Assembly: GCF_001194135.2 (NCBI RefSeq)
Contig: NC_068992.1
Span: 35,375,527 to 35,415,112 of the forward strand
Direction: 5' to 3'
DNA length: 39,586 bases
Source of the DNA: Octopus bimaculoides
Lineage: Eukaryota
Shown here: one piece after another, positions 23,503 through 36,034 of the stretch
How positions within the stretch are numbered: position 1 is the stretch's first letter
Layout: every line of letters starts with the position of its first letter
Translations under genes and position numbers: made by a program
Notes under the pieces: model-generated
Told to the model about the DNA's origin: nothing
The model's database searches: none
Seen by the model: only the letters and a program-made list of their open reading frames with translations

Positions 23503-24169
23503 TTACATACATAAATACATACATACACACACACACACATATATATTTATATATACGCATGGACTCGGTCTCTGGCGGAAACCAGTGAAAGAGAGAGTAA
23601 GTTTGCCTACATATGTATGAGTCTGTGTGTATGGGTGTATGTATAAAGGTAATTATATAAGTATGTGTGTGTGTGCGTGTCTTTGGGTTGAAGTACGTAT
23701 GCATTTAATTCCTGTGCCCGTGATTGTGTCGGGGATTCAGAAAGTAAAATGGTGTAATAAAGATGGATATCTTGAATATAATTGTATTATCGAAACAGAT
23801 TTTTATAGAATGAAGAACAATAAAAGTAGTTATATGATATACACTGGAAGAGTATCGCAATAACAAAAAAGAAAGAATAATAAACTGAAATGAATGCATA
23901 TTATTATAAAAGAATTCTTAGATAAAAGGAAGGAAAACTCCGAAAAATTAAGGTTGATTTTTAATGATTCAAATTTCTCTTATGATATCAGTTTTAGTGG
24001 CGCCACATTGAGTTACTTTCTCATTGAACAATAGAATTAATCTTTGTAAGGCTTCTAATTTAATTCTTAAGTTCTCCAGTGAGTGTAACCAAAATGCTAC
24101 CGCTGGTTCTTATTTACTGTCTAGTCGATAAGTAGTGGATATACGAACAGACACACACGGACAAACACA

Positions 24170-24212
<43 letters not shown>

Positions 24213-24689
24213 TATATATATATATANNNNNNNNNNNNNNNNNNNNNNNNNNNNNNNNNNNNNNNNNNNNNNNNNNNNNNNNNNNNNNNNNNNNNNNNNN
24301 NNNNNNNNNNNNNNNNNNNNNNNNNNNNNNNNNNNNNNNNNNNNNNNNNNNNNNNNNNNNNNNNNNNNNNNNNNNNNNNNNNNNNNNNNNNNNNNNNNNN
24401 NNNNNNNNNNNNNNNNNNNNNNNNNNNNNNNNNNNNNNNNNNNNNNNNNNNNNNNNNNNNNNNNNNNNNNNNNNNNNNNNNNNNNNNNNNNNNNNNNNNN
24501 NNNNNNNNNNNNNNNNNNNNNNNNNNNNNNNNNNNNNNNNNNNNNNNNNNNNNNNNNNNNNNNNNNNNNNNNNNNNNNNNNNTTCACACACATACATTGA
24601 TGTACATTGATAAAGAAACAGAAAGGACATGGCAAACGATACATCTATGATAGAGGACCTGGTATTTGCAGCGGGCACACAGTATTAAT

Positions 24690-24803
<114 letters not shown>

Positions 24804-24804
24804 T

Positions 24805-25800
24805 CTATTGTCAAGGAAGTTTGCAAATTCGCAAGGGAACATGACATTAGCCCTGAATTCGATGGAGAACGTGAAACCACTGCTACCAAACAAGCAAAAA
24901 ACAGACTGCATAAAAGAACGGGGCAGAAACAAATTGAGGAGCGGTGGAACCAGAAGGCTCTGTATGGACAGTATATACTTCGAAGCCAAAATGCTGATGT
25001 AGACCAAGCAACAATCTATCAGTGGCTGAGAAGCTCAGGATTGAAGTTTGCTTACCAAAAACTACCAGTGTAACGTTCTTCGAAACGGTTCTGACCCTAA
25101 ATACAGCTTCTGCGATACATTTCACGAAACAATAGACAATCTTGTCTTGGGATATCCTGTGCTGACACCAAACAAATACAAAATCACCACGATAAGGTAG
25201 GACAGTATTTACATTGGAACATATGTAAACACTACAAAATCAGCACTCGTCCGTACTGGTATGAACATCATCCTGAGCCAGTCGTTGAATGTAAAAATGT
25301 CACTATCTTCTGAGATTTTCCAGTCAACACCGAGAGAATGACCCAGGCTAATCGACCAGACATAGTCATTAAAGAATGAATAGACTAATAGATGTAAGTT
25401 TTCCCACTTATAAAAATATATCGCTAAAGGAATTTAACAAATTAAGCAAATGTAAGGACCTAGAAATTGAAATACAAAAGAAGTGACGTCTTTGAAGGGA
25501 GAACTGTTTCTGTTATTATGTGTACCCTAGGTATTATTAGGAAGGGAATTCAAAAACGTCTAGATAATATCTCGGGAGAACCATGTCTCAGAGAAATCCC
25601 AAACAAATACTGCCCGCATCCTTAGAAAAACCCTATAAATTTAAATGCCTGTGTTGTACTACTACATGAAGATATTTCGCTACTGCCCCTGCCACTTCCC
25701 CTCCCCAACCTTTCAGTCATACTGTAACATCTCTTACTCATCGTTCACCTTAGGACGATGGAGGTGACTCGGCAAGTGACCGTAAGAAACATGCAGCTTA
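24805..25800 (+). mobile_element. R4/Dong-like restriction-endonuclease LINE, 5'-truncated, decayed
   Basis: W.QKALYGQY, VDQ....QWLRSSGLK, HHDKVGQYLHWNICKHY, WYEHHPEPVVE..NVTI..DFPVNT...QANRPDIVI, LIDVSFP..KN.SLKEF.KLSK.KDLEIEI; 3' UTR to about 25800. Confidence 0.88.
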
Positions 25801-25811
25801 AAAATAAAGAA

Positions 25812-26030
25812 GCAGAAGAAGAAGAAGAAGAAGAAGAAGAAGAAGAAGAAGAAGAAGAAGAAGAAGAAGAAGAAGAAGAAGAAGAAGAAGAAGAAGAAGA
25901 AGAAGAAGAAGAAGAAGAAGAAGGGGGAAGAAGAAGAAAAAGAGAAGAAGAAGAAGAACAACAACAAGAACAACAACAAGAACAAGAACAAGAAGAAGAA
26001 GAACAACAACAACAACAACAACAGCTGCAA
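25812..26030. repeat. (AAG)n/(AAC)n microsatellite
   Basis: Long GAA run then mixed GAA/CAA. Confidence 0.95.
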
Positions 26031-26303
26031 CAAAATCAATAAGAAATACAATTTCAAAATAATGAAAGAACAAACTGTTTTTCCTTATATTCAAACGCAT
26101 AATTGTATTATTATGTCAAAATTAATAAGATGTTAAGTATTTCTATTTTGATGTTTCGTTAGATCGAATTATATATGAATATTACTCACATTAAAAGAAA
26201 TGATAATTTTTTACCCAAACGAGTATAATATTGTTAGATTATATATACATTTACTTTTCTAACATTCACAGCTCACATTTTACTAACATTGATATTGTTT
26301 TAG

Positions 26304-26378
26304 CATTCACTTCGAGGTGTAAACTCCTATGCTGAAATGAAACAAATATATGTGCATGGCATCCCACTGTGCAATGAG
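26304..26378 (+). CDS. Candidate internal coding exon (best splice signals)
   Basis: Consensus branch point TACTAAC at 26281-26287, acceptor ATTGTTTTAG, 25 codons HSLRGVNSYAEMKQIYVHGIPLCNE, donor GAG|GTATGC; phase 0-0; other frames blocked; GC above flanks. Confidence 0.55.
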
Positions 26379-26555
26379 GTATGCATAGTTTGGTTTTGTA
26401 AGGAAAGAAACTGATATGAATGCGCAACATCGAAGATGATAGATCAATATTCTGAGAATATCAACTAAAACACAGAAACCCTAAATATACTTGCAAACAA
26501 TACTTTTCTATATTATCCCGATGTTTTACTGATGGAATGTCTGACATATTCTTCT

Positions 26556-26556
26556 T

Positions 26557-26604
<48 letters not shown>

Positions 26605-26605
26605 T
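26556..26605. repeat. (CTA)n microsatellite
   Basis: Seen directly. Confidence 0.95.
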
Positions 26606-27294
26606 TGCAAATAACACATTTTATCTTTAAAGGAAGAAATGTTCATACAAAGAATTAATATCAGTTGTTAAATGAAAATCAGATACAATATACAACAAAC
26701 AAAAAACGAATAAACATTATGAGATACAAAAAAGAACACTTTAAAAAAATATTTTATATGCAACAACTAGGCAAATAACAGTATTTATTAATGAAAATAA
26801 TTGATGCATATAACTGGTATATCGGACGATGCTGCTAATGCGAGCAAGTGATCTTTATATGAAATATAACTCACCTCAGAGTAAAAACGATTTGATGAAA
26901 TAGTAGTTGTAAAAAAAGGGGGGGGGCAAGGTGATAACATGAAATAAAAACACTTCAAATGTGGTGCGACAAAAAGATAGTCGCTACAAGTTCACTGGGA
27001 TGGCCACAATTAGTCGAGTAATCCATTCTAACCCCTTCCTAAATTCTTATTCAAAAATAATGGATAGGGTGGACAGTGCAGCCTTAGGTATACAAAATAG
27101 TGCTTCGCGCTCTGCTGGGATGTCTTTGCTGATGAAACTTTAAATTAGGGTTGTCCTGGAGGAAAACAATATAATATGGAAAAACAGATTTGAACTCATA
27201 CAGTTGAGAAAAGTATTTGCTCACTGTCATCAATTTAGTCTCATAAACTCCGCAATCTACAGAGAATATATTGACTTTTGACTCAAAGCTAGCA

Positions 27295-27477
27295 ATTTCG
27301 GGGGAAGGGGTCAGTTGAATACATCGACCTCATCACTCAACTGGTATTTATTTTATCGGCTCCGAAAAGATGAAAGGAAAATCCACCTCCGCAGAATTTG
27401 AACTCCAAACTTAAAGACGGACGAAATGCCGCGAAGCATTTTGCATACCGCGCTGACAATTCTGCCAACTCGCCATC
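27295..27477 (-). mobile_element. tRNA-derived SINE related to 16831-17053, diverged
   Basis: Reverse strand GATGGCGAGTTGGCAGAATTGTCAGCGCG...GGAGTTCAAATTCTGCGGAGGTGGATTTTCCTTTCATCTTTTCGGAGCCGATAAAATAAATACCAGTTGAG. Confidence 0.85.
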
Positions 27478-28173
27478 TTATAAAGGAAGCATATTCAAAT
27501 GACAAAATAAACATCCCAAATAAGTGAATGCTTCAGGTAAAACCACTTCAACAAAGTCACAAATCTTCCATGAATAAATAATACGCAAAGTTTGAGAAAC
27601 CAAAAGTAGTTCATCAGTACAGCAAAATATTTGCTTAAACTATTACTAGAGTTAGAGTAAAATATGACATATATCACGCAATGTTTCATGTAAACAATTC
27701 GGTGTTATTATTCATGTGTGTCGCTTTAAAAATTATTACAATCACACAAAAAATATTCGAAAGTAACAAATCTTCACAAAATATTCACTAAACACATTTA
27801 GAGTATTTTACAGTTAAGAAAGTAATTTTCGAACGCAGTATAGCTGTGAAAACCATAGAAAAATTAAGTATTTTACCCTTATAGAACGGAAAAAAGTTGC
27901 CAGCAGATACTAAATGCTCTCTTAAGTAATGAGTTTACCACATCCATTCTTTATTCTCTGGGCATTCGTTTTAACGTTGGTGTATGTTGCTATAATATAT
28001 TGTGTTTATATTCTGAATGGTTTCTCATTGATATTGCAATGAATGTTGAATTTTACTACCAGTTTCTCTTAAAATTCCTCGACGTTTTCCGATTTGTTCA
28101 TTCAGTTAATATGCAGTCTACGCCTTTTTCTATTTATTAGATACTTGTGCTAAAGTGTTGTTTTCTGTTTTAG

Positions 28174-28230
28174 TTAAAAAAGATGGATTCTCAGAGAGAC
28201 CTGATGTCCACTTATATCACATATCTAATG
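28174..28230 (+). CDS. Candidate small coding exon
   Basis: Acceptor GTTTTCTGTTTTAG; phase 0 frame LKKMDSQRDLMSTYITYLM with donor ATG|GTTGGC. An alternative phase 1 frame (KKDGFSERPDVHLYHISNGWRKD) is also open, so frame and end are uncertain. Confidence 0.3.
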
Positions 28231-29883
28231 GTTGGCGAAAAGATAGTTGTGTTTCGTTATTTAGGCCACTAGCTGTCTTTCAATTTTAACATTATGGATG
28301 ACTTTATTTTTTACACATTGTCTACTTTAATTGTGATTATATTTGCTAAAGGCATGTTATTGAAAAACACTTTCAACATTTAGAGCGGATATTGTTTGTA
28401 TTTCGACTGTTGTTTTTTTCCTAAAATGTATGATAATGTTCTCACTAAATTATCCTGTGCCCCTATGGTGCATTGCTGTCTTTCATTAGCGCTTGAGTTT
28501 TTCGTTAATCTTTATGTTTATATCTTTAAGATTTTCTAGGTTTGATACAGTAGTTTCATTCCTACCTTTTCGTTGTTTCAGAAGTTTGATTTCATCTGTG
28601 CTAAGTGAATATTTCAATAATTTCAAAAAGTCATCTTCTTGTGCTGCTATTTCTCTCATATATAGTTCACATTATTTACATTACAGTGTCTAATACATAA
28701 AAAAATTGACTTGTATATTTTCTACTGACATATTTCTCTTTTGTTGAACTTCTCCCAGAAATTAGTAGCACATTTGCTGATTTTTTTTCTTTCAGTTTTA
28801 TAGTGTTGCTTGATATTTGAACATATGAGCAACAAAGTGTTTTATACATTTTACATGAGAGATTTTAACTCTTTTATGAATGTGTTTCGTATCTTTGCTT
28901 GTGATATACACGGTTTGGGAAAAGGGCAATGAAAATAAGCAAAAATAAATCGAAGGAATATTGCCAATATAATACGTCTAAAAGAAAAGCCTTTCACTAT
29001 TATATATATATANNNNNNNNNNNNNNNNNNNNNNNNNNNNNNNNNNNNNNNNNNNNNNNNNNNNNNNNNNNNNNNNNNNNNNNNNNNNNNNNNNNNNNNN
29101 NNNNNNNNNNNNNNNNNNNNNNNNNNNNNNNNNNNNNNNNNNNNNNNNNNNNNNNNNNNNNNNNNNNNNNNNNNNNNNNNNNNNNNNNNNNNNNNNNNNN
29201 NNNNNNNNNNNNNNNNNNNNNNNNNNNNNNNNNNNNNNNNNNNNNNNNNNNNNNNNNNNNNNNNNNNNNNNNNNNNNNNNNNNNNNNNNNNNNNNNNNNN
29301 NNNNNNNNNNNNNNNNNNNNNNNNNNNNNNNNNNNNNNNNNNNNNNNNNNNNNNNNNNNNNNNNNNNNNNNNNNNNNNNNNNNNNNNNNNNNNNNNNNNN
29401 NNNNNNNNNNNNNNNNNNNNNNNNNNNNNNNNNNNNNNNNNNNNNNNNNNNNNNNNNNNNNNNNNNNNNNNATATACACACACACACACACAATTAAATT
29501 TCGGTTGAATTAGGTACTTAAGTTGAGGCACCCTGTTAGGTCTGAGTAGCATGAATACTTAACAATATTAATATTACTCTCAGATTTGGTGCATAAGTGC
29601 CGGCTACATGATATTCTTGCATTATATGTAGATAATAAAACCCAGCTGAGTGAAGAAATCCACTGTTAGCTATTCAGACATGTACTTTATATTAAAAATA
29701 CTGTCTATAATATTTACGAAGCGTAGATTCCAAGACAGGTGAATGAAATATAAGTGAGTAACAAAGAGGTACATGCATCAATTCATTACGGCCGTTTTCG
29801 TCAGATGAATTCGTGATCTTCAAACATAAAGGACAGTTCAACTTATCCAATATAGCTTACATATTCACAGAGGAAAAAATATT

Positions 29884-30083
29884 TACATTCATCTTGCTAC
29901 CATCCAGTTGGTAGAATGAACTTATCAGAATAGTGTATATTCAAAGAAGAATCTAGGGATCATTAGATTTTAGGGATTATTACTATAAACTCTAAGAATA
30001 TCTAAATTCTTCCTTGTTCTGGCCAAATATACATTATTCTGATAAGTTCATTCTGCCAACTAGATAGTAGCAAGAGCAATGTA
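29884..30083. mobile_element. Foldback/MITE-like imperfect palindrome
   Basis: 29892-29941 is the reverse complement of 30026-30075 (about 46/50 by eye); weaker pairing continues inward and outward. Confidence 0.75.
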
Positions 30084-30639
30084 CACATTTCTTTCACTCA
30101 TATCTACCAAATATTGAATGCCCTGGCAGAAATGTTATCGGAGCGTCAACAAACCTCCATTTAACAGTTGAAATAGTGACGTTAATAATCCTGTGAGTGT
30201 AACATAGAAAAGAGCCAATAGCATTTTCGACATTTCTACTTTACTATTTCCATCTGCTGTCGAAATAAATTTCAGTAACCAATAACTTGATTTGAATCTA
30301 GCATAGACTAGAAAGTAATTTTCTCCTTTGAATGACAAACAAAAATACAATATCCAAAACGTTTTCCATATCAAAACATGTATTTCAGATTTTTTTTTTT
30401 TTTGCCTTAGAAACAGAATGAACGTTTAGAAATTATTTTTTGATATTGTAAACTTATGATGGTCTACAGTTCATTCCAAACGCACAGTCATTATAGACTA
30501 AGAATAAACTGAATTTGAATCTATAGCAGCATAACGCACGCGATTCTTGCGTTGTTTGCTCATATATCATCATTGTGATTTCTCATTCTTGTAACTTAAA
30601 CTTCTTGTCTATTTGTTGTCAGTAATTATATTTGTATAG

Positions 30640-30768
30640 AACTTGTATAATAACGGCCTCCACGGAACTTTGTGTGATATATCACTAAAATGTTTGAGTG
30701 AGAAAGCTCCATATACTCCTGATTTAACATATCTCAAAAGAGTTACTTGCCTGAATTACAGGAATGAG
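30640..30768 (+). CDS. Candidate internal coding exon
   Basis: Acceptor TATATTTGTATAG, 43 codons NLYNNGLHGTLCDISLKCLSEKAPYTPDLTYLKRVTCLNYRNE, donor GAG|GTAAAC; phase 0-0. An antisense frame is also open. Confidence 0.45.
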
Positions 30769-31910
30769 GTAAACATTGATTTCAGATCCAACATACAAGT
30801 TTTAAGAATTTGTCAGAAATCACTTCTATCCCTAGAGATTTTATGGTTCTGCTGAACTAAACAACTGAGCAGTATAGTTATATAAAATAAAGCGGTAACA
30901 TTTATTTCCATTTCGATAGTTGAAAATATGATCCATGTGCACAAAAATAAATGAAAGGGAAGAATAATATTTGCAAGAAAATGTATTCTATATAATGTAG
31001 ATTTAACGTCATCTAGAACATCCAGATGAACATCTAGAACTTCCAGATAAATATTTTGTTGTATCTTTGGACGTTCATTTTTTCAATAATAAACAAACCC
31101 ACTGGTTCTATATTACTCGTTTTGCTATTACAAGTAGTTAAATAGTTAGAAATTCAAACAATTATTCGAATTATTGTTTAATTAATTACTCGGTCAATCA
31201 AACAACAAGTATGTTTATGTTCTAGCTTATATATTTATGAGATGTGAGTGAGAATGTGTAGAACAGTAAAAATGTGTGTGCACGTGCTGTGAGTGCGCGT
31301 GCTCTGTACCAGCTGATATGTGTATGTGTATCTGTGCGTGTGTGCAGGTGTACACGCCAGCACCTACACACCTACACAAGTACACATTCTCACTCACACC
31401 TCTATAACTATTTCTTCGGTGTATTAGGTGACAGACATAACTGGAATAGAGTGGGCATGTCGTTGTCGAAGTGGCGCATGGCGACGATTGAGCTCTGATG
31501 ATCCTAGCTGATTGATTGACTGACCGATTAATCAGACAATCCATTAGTTAATTAGTTAAACGCCTAACCATTTGACTAATAATAGTAATAAAAGATGTGA
31601 TATAGAACCACTGCATCGTTTACTTTTAGCATTATGATCCCACCCTCATGACAGAACAAAATTTTTTTCAACACACGGAATCTTACTAAGAATCTTGCCA
31701 GCTAAATACAAAACTAAAGTTATAAATTGTATTCAATTTGCTTATTGGCAACAGATAGATGCTGATACCTGAACTATGTAATATATTTAAGCTAGGAGAT
31801 TACATCTTCATGGGTATCGACGAATATATTTCAGCGTGGTGATGGTTCGATATTTGTTGGTATCTCTTTTTGACATGTTTTGATCAACTGCTTAACATTG
31901 ACTTGTTTAG

Positions 31911-32011
31911 ATCAACGTTAGACACAGTAACCATAAAGAAGAAAGGAGGCTCAGGAGTTACCATGCTTTCGTTTTCTAATCAGGATATATTTTCTATTAG
32001 CATTAGCGATG
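31911..32011 (+). CDS. Candidate internal coding exon
   Basis: Acceptor GACTTGTTTAG, frame STLDTVTIKKKGGSGVTMLSFSNQDIFSISISD, donor GATG|GTATGG; phase 2 to 1. Confidence 0.3.
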
Positions 32012-32531
32012 GTATGGATTCTGCGCTGATTGACTTGCATTGTTTGCATCAGGAACTTGATAAAGGAAATTGAACACCATAAATTATCCATCTACGTTAG
32101 CAAGTTTGTTTCACATAATTGAAAACTCTAGTTTTCAATTGTACGGCATGAAGGTATGGGATGTGACAGATCAAGCTACTACTGCAGTATAAGACGGTCG
32201 CCCAAGGGGACACTCAGCTCATCAAACGAATTTCTTAACCACAAAGATATGGCCATGTGCACACACACAAGTGACGCCGTATACATACATACGTATATAT
32301 GTACGTGTATATATATATATATATATATATATNNNNNNNNNNNNNNNNNNNNNNNNNNNNNNNNNNNNNNNNNNNNNNNNNNNNNNNNNNNNNNNNNNNN
32401 NNNNNNNNNNNNNNNNNNNNNNNNNNNNNNNNNNNNNNNNNNNNNNNNNNNNNNNNNNNNNNNNNNNNNNNNNNNNNNNNNNNNNNNNNNNNNNNNNNNN
32501 NNNNNNNNNNNNNNNNNNNNNNNNNTACCTA

Positions 32532-32573
<42 letters not shown>

Positions 32574-32589
32574 GGTCAAATGTACAGAA

Positions 32590-34150
32590 AATAGAGACGA
32601 AGTAGGTGAGGAAACAAATATGTGTATTAGTTTGATGCCCAGGAAGAATGGAAAAGTCTTTCATGTTTGGGGCCTATGCTCTTCGACAGAAAGGATTGAG
32701 CGGGGAAAAAACGGAAAGAGAAAAAGATGTGTAGGGTTTAACGGTTCAACATGATGAAATGGCCGGAAGTAAGAGGCTGAGTGAAAGGGAAATAACAAAA
32801 ACCCGGACCATAAATCACAACAGGGCACTCTACAACAACAGAGAACAACTATATAACAGCTACCGTCCCAATCACCTCCATCAATTTTTAGATCCAAAAC
32901 GCGAACACAGAAATACGAGATATCACCAGACAGACAGGATGAACTAAAGGTGATAAAAGTCATCAATCTAACTCACAAAATCTAACAGCAAACCAAATCA
33001 ACACACTCTCCAATGGGCTCAAGTTTACAACCCGCCCACCACCAACGCCCCAACTACAATGAAATGAAATGAAGACGTTGCGGAATTCTGTAGAAAATTA
33101 CGACTCACTAAGGAACTATACGACAAATACAACGAGAACGAAACGTTAGTTCGAAATAGAACTACACTCCTTCAAATGATAAGAACAAAATTCTTGACCG
33201 TTTCTGTGAATACATCAACGAATTACCCATATCAACATATACACAAACAAAAACACAAGACAAATTCAGCAAAAAAGAATGAGTTGAGCTGAACAACTTA
33301 AAAGATGATAAAACAATAACAATCAAAGAGGCTGATAAAGCAAGTCCAGTTGTCATAATGGATACAGTATACTATATCACTCTAGTACTATCCATATTAG
33401 AAAACACAACATATTATGAAAAGGTCCAACATTAAAGCCAACAGAAAAAAATAAGAAATCTAAAAACTACGTTGAACCTATACAGAGAAGGGCTCACCGA
33501 CAAGGAATACGATTATATGAGTAACTTCAAAAGTGAATCCAGTCAATTATACGGTATTCCTAAGATACACAAATGTGAGAAGACCTAACTGTGGTATATG
33601 CGTCAACTTAATTGAGGGATCAGAGTTCTTTCAAACAGCGTCAACGTTTGACAGTGAAAAACAATTTCACATATGCTTCGGAGAATGTAATATATGTATT
33701 AACTTGCTCTGGGTGTAGAGAGCATTACATAGGCCAAACCAAAAACAGTGTACGTTAAAGTATGACTCTACATAGATCCCAGATCAAAATTCGGGAATAC
33801 AGAAAAATGGTATTCAGCGAACACATGGACATTTGCGTCATTAACAATCACCCCCGCTTCAGAATCTTTCCATTCTATAAATTCAGGGACGATGCAACCT
33901 GTAGTCAGCGAATTAGCAAAGAGTCATATTTTATCGCAAAATATATACTCCTTTTGAACGCGTTCACCATAAATGACACTACTACAAGGGCCTGAGAATA
34001 ATACCCACACAAATATTAAAAATGATATATTCAAAACAGTCACTACCCATGAATTTATTCAGAGCAATTCCAATCACTACTATTACAACCACAACAGATC
34101 ACTTTCAGGTCACTTGTCCATTTAAGAGGATTCTACCAACATACTAATAC
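32590..34150 (+). mobile_element. Penelope-like element with RT core deleted
   Basis: VINL, LSNGLKFT, ELNNLKDDKTITIKEADKASPVVIMD, LTDKEYDYM.NF, LYGIPKIHK, then directly the GIY-YIG region (HYIGQTKN, TLHRSQI, EHMDIC, FRIFPFYK, RISKESYFIAKY..LLN) and 3' UTR. Confidence 0.88.
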
Positions 34151-34214
34151 GGTTACACCATTCCCGCATTTTTCATTATTCTTTCTCTTCTTTTCCTACT
34201 GTCTCTCTCTCTTC

Positions 34215-34316
34215 TTCTTCTTCTCATTCTCCTCCTTCTCCTCCTCCTCCTCCTTCTTCTTCTTCTTCTTCTTCTTCTTCTTCTTCTTCTTCTTCTTCTT
34301 CTTCTTCTTCTTCTTC
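34215..34316. repeat. (TTC)n/(TCC)n microsatellite
   Basis: Seen directly. Confidence 0.93.
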
Positions 34317-34639
34317 GCCTCATTCCTTGCCTACCACTGCTGCTTAAACAATCAAAATCAAGAATTCATATCCAATATTCCTTTAGGACTGCTACTACCA
34401 ACTACATGCTACCAAGCCTTCACAAGAGTAAAAAAGAGGGACAGACAGAGAAGAGGAAAATGCCCCTTGCATTTGAAAAATATGGAAATATTGAAAAAAA
34501 AAACATTTAATTTAATTCTTCCACAATTGAATTGTTTTTCATGCTTTACTCTAAGTTCAAAGGCTGACACCTGTACTAAAATGTTCTTCATGGTGTAATT
34601 ATTTTAATATTTTCTGCCTTGTCTAGATAGATTTCACAG

Positions 34640-34950
34640 GCAGGGACCCGGGTACTGGGAGCTGTATGCATCACTCCCGGTGTACCATGCTTACGGAGAG
34701 CGTATTATCGAATTAGGTAAGCGAATTAACGAATTAGTTAAGTGGCTTTGACGGGGGTAGTCGTCAACTACAAATTAGAGGTGAATCAATTAGGTTTAGT
34801 AAGGCATTAGCGATATAAAGTAAAAGAATAAAGGAAAACTTAATTCGAAACTTAGAAAAGGCGCTTAGGAAAGACATCACAATCGACGTACTGGTGGTGA
34901 GATTGACCGTGAACGAATTTTTCAATGCCAAGCACGTAGGACTTTTCAGC
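34640..34950 (+). mobile_element. Tx1/L1-clade LINE ORF2 linker fragment
   Basis: ERI.ELVK...TGVVVNYK, GESIRFSKALAI.SKRIKENLIRNLEKALR....DVLV.RL...EFFNAKHVG resembles the region between EN and RT in Tx1-like elements; no catalytic motif present. Confidence 0.5.
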
Positions 34951-34997
34951 GGTACCCCGTTCAATTTGCTTGAGACGTTGTGCCCATAGTAGAAAAG

Positions 34998-34998
<1 letters not shown>

Positions 34999-35065
<67 letters not shown>

Positions 35066-35153
35066 CATTATCAAGTTGTTGTTGTCGTTGCTATTGTTGT
35101 TGGTCTACTTTTTTCTTCTTCTTCTTCGTCTTCTTCTTCTTCTTCTTCTTCTT

Positions 35154-35224
<71 letters not shown>
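34999..35224. repeat. Compound (ATT)n-(GTT)-(TTC)n-(ATT)n microsatellite
   Basis: Seen directly. Confidence 0.96.
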
Positions 35225-35225
<1 letters not shown>

Positions 35226-35227
35226 GA

Positions 35228-35310
35228 CACTGGGTTAAAAGTAGACGAAACCCCATGTACCCATCATGACTACCCGTCTGATAGGGGTACACCAGGCACA
35301 TGCATCACAA
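35228..35310 (-). mobile_element. Short 3' fragment of the (AAT)n-tailed non-coding retroposon at 36035-36505
   Basis: GTACCCATCATGACTACCCGTCTGATAGGGGTACACCAGGCACATGCATCACAAC aligns with 36104-36155. Confidence 0.85.
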
Positions 35311-35334
35311 CTATATTATTATTATTATTATGTT

Positions 35335-35925
35335 GTTTTTTCATCTTTCTTCAAATTTTCTTCCATTTCTTGCCGAGTGTTTTCCGTACACCTAGGGCAG
35401 AGAAGCTCATTGTATGCATTCCCAGTTTACATACGCAAATTCACAGCTAAAATATGTATTCAAAAAAAATTAATAAATAAATAAATTCATGAATTGATGT
35501 TGTTTTCACAGCGATAATGCTCTTCTCAGTACAGGAGTCATTCCGGTTAACACGATTTTTTGCACTTCCTGTAGGGATGGTAAGCCTGGTATCATTTTCA
35601 AATAGGTTTCAGTACCTATTTTAATCATTTCTAGAGATCCTATAATCACTGATATGGTAGTCGCCTTGAGGTGCCACATTATTTCAATTTCTATTAGCAA
35701 GTCTTTATATTTACTGATCTTGTCAAATTCTTTCGCCGCTATATTATGATCGCAAGGAATACTCATGTCAATTAATAAACACTTATTTGTCTGATCTTTT
35801 ATAATAATATCCGGTTTATTAGCTTTTATAGTTTTGTCGGTAGGTACGGGAAAGTCCCAGAGAATCGATACATTTTCTCCCTCAGTCACAGCTTCAGGAT
35901 GGTGTTTATACCATTTGTCAGCAGT
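35335..35925 (-). mobile_element. R4/Dong-like LINE 3' fragment with (AAT)n tail
   Basis: WYKHHPEAV.EGENVSILWDFPVPTDKTIKANKPDIIIKD...CLLIDMSIPCD.NIAAKEFDKISKYKDL..EI..MW...VIIGSL..LQEVQKIVLTG...VLRRALSL* (PD-(D/E)xK RLE motif); (TAA)n on both sides. Confidence 0.92.
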
Positions 35926-35949
35926 TATTATTATTATTATTATTATTAT

Positions 35950-36026
<77 letters not shown>

Positions 36027-36028
36027 TT
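35926..36028. repeat. (TAT)n(TAG)n compound microsatellite
   Basis: Seen directly. Confidence 0.96.
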
Positions 36029-36034
36029 ATCTTC

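Noticed and set aside
25739-25797. Spliceable mini-exons on both strands next to (AAG)n
   Set aside because: The sequence is the R4/Dong 3' UTR containing the shared stem-loop; the pyrimidine tract is the microsatellite.
27125-27170. CTGATGA...GAAA as a hammerhead
   Set aside because: No convincing stems I-III around the core words.
30700-30725. APYTPDL as a mariner YSPDL motif
   Set aside because: Isolated match; no WVP/HDNA motifs or TIRs nearby.
31012-31052. 20-nt direct repeat CATCTAGAAC(A/T)TCCAGAT
   Set aside because: Two units only; ordinary tandem duplication, not a CRISPR-like array.
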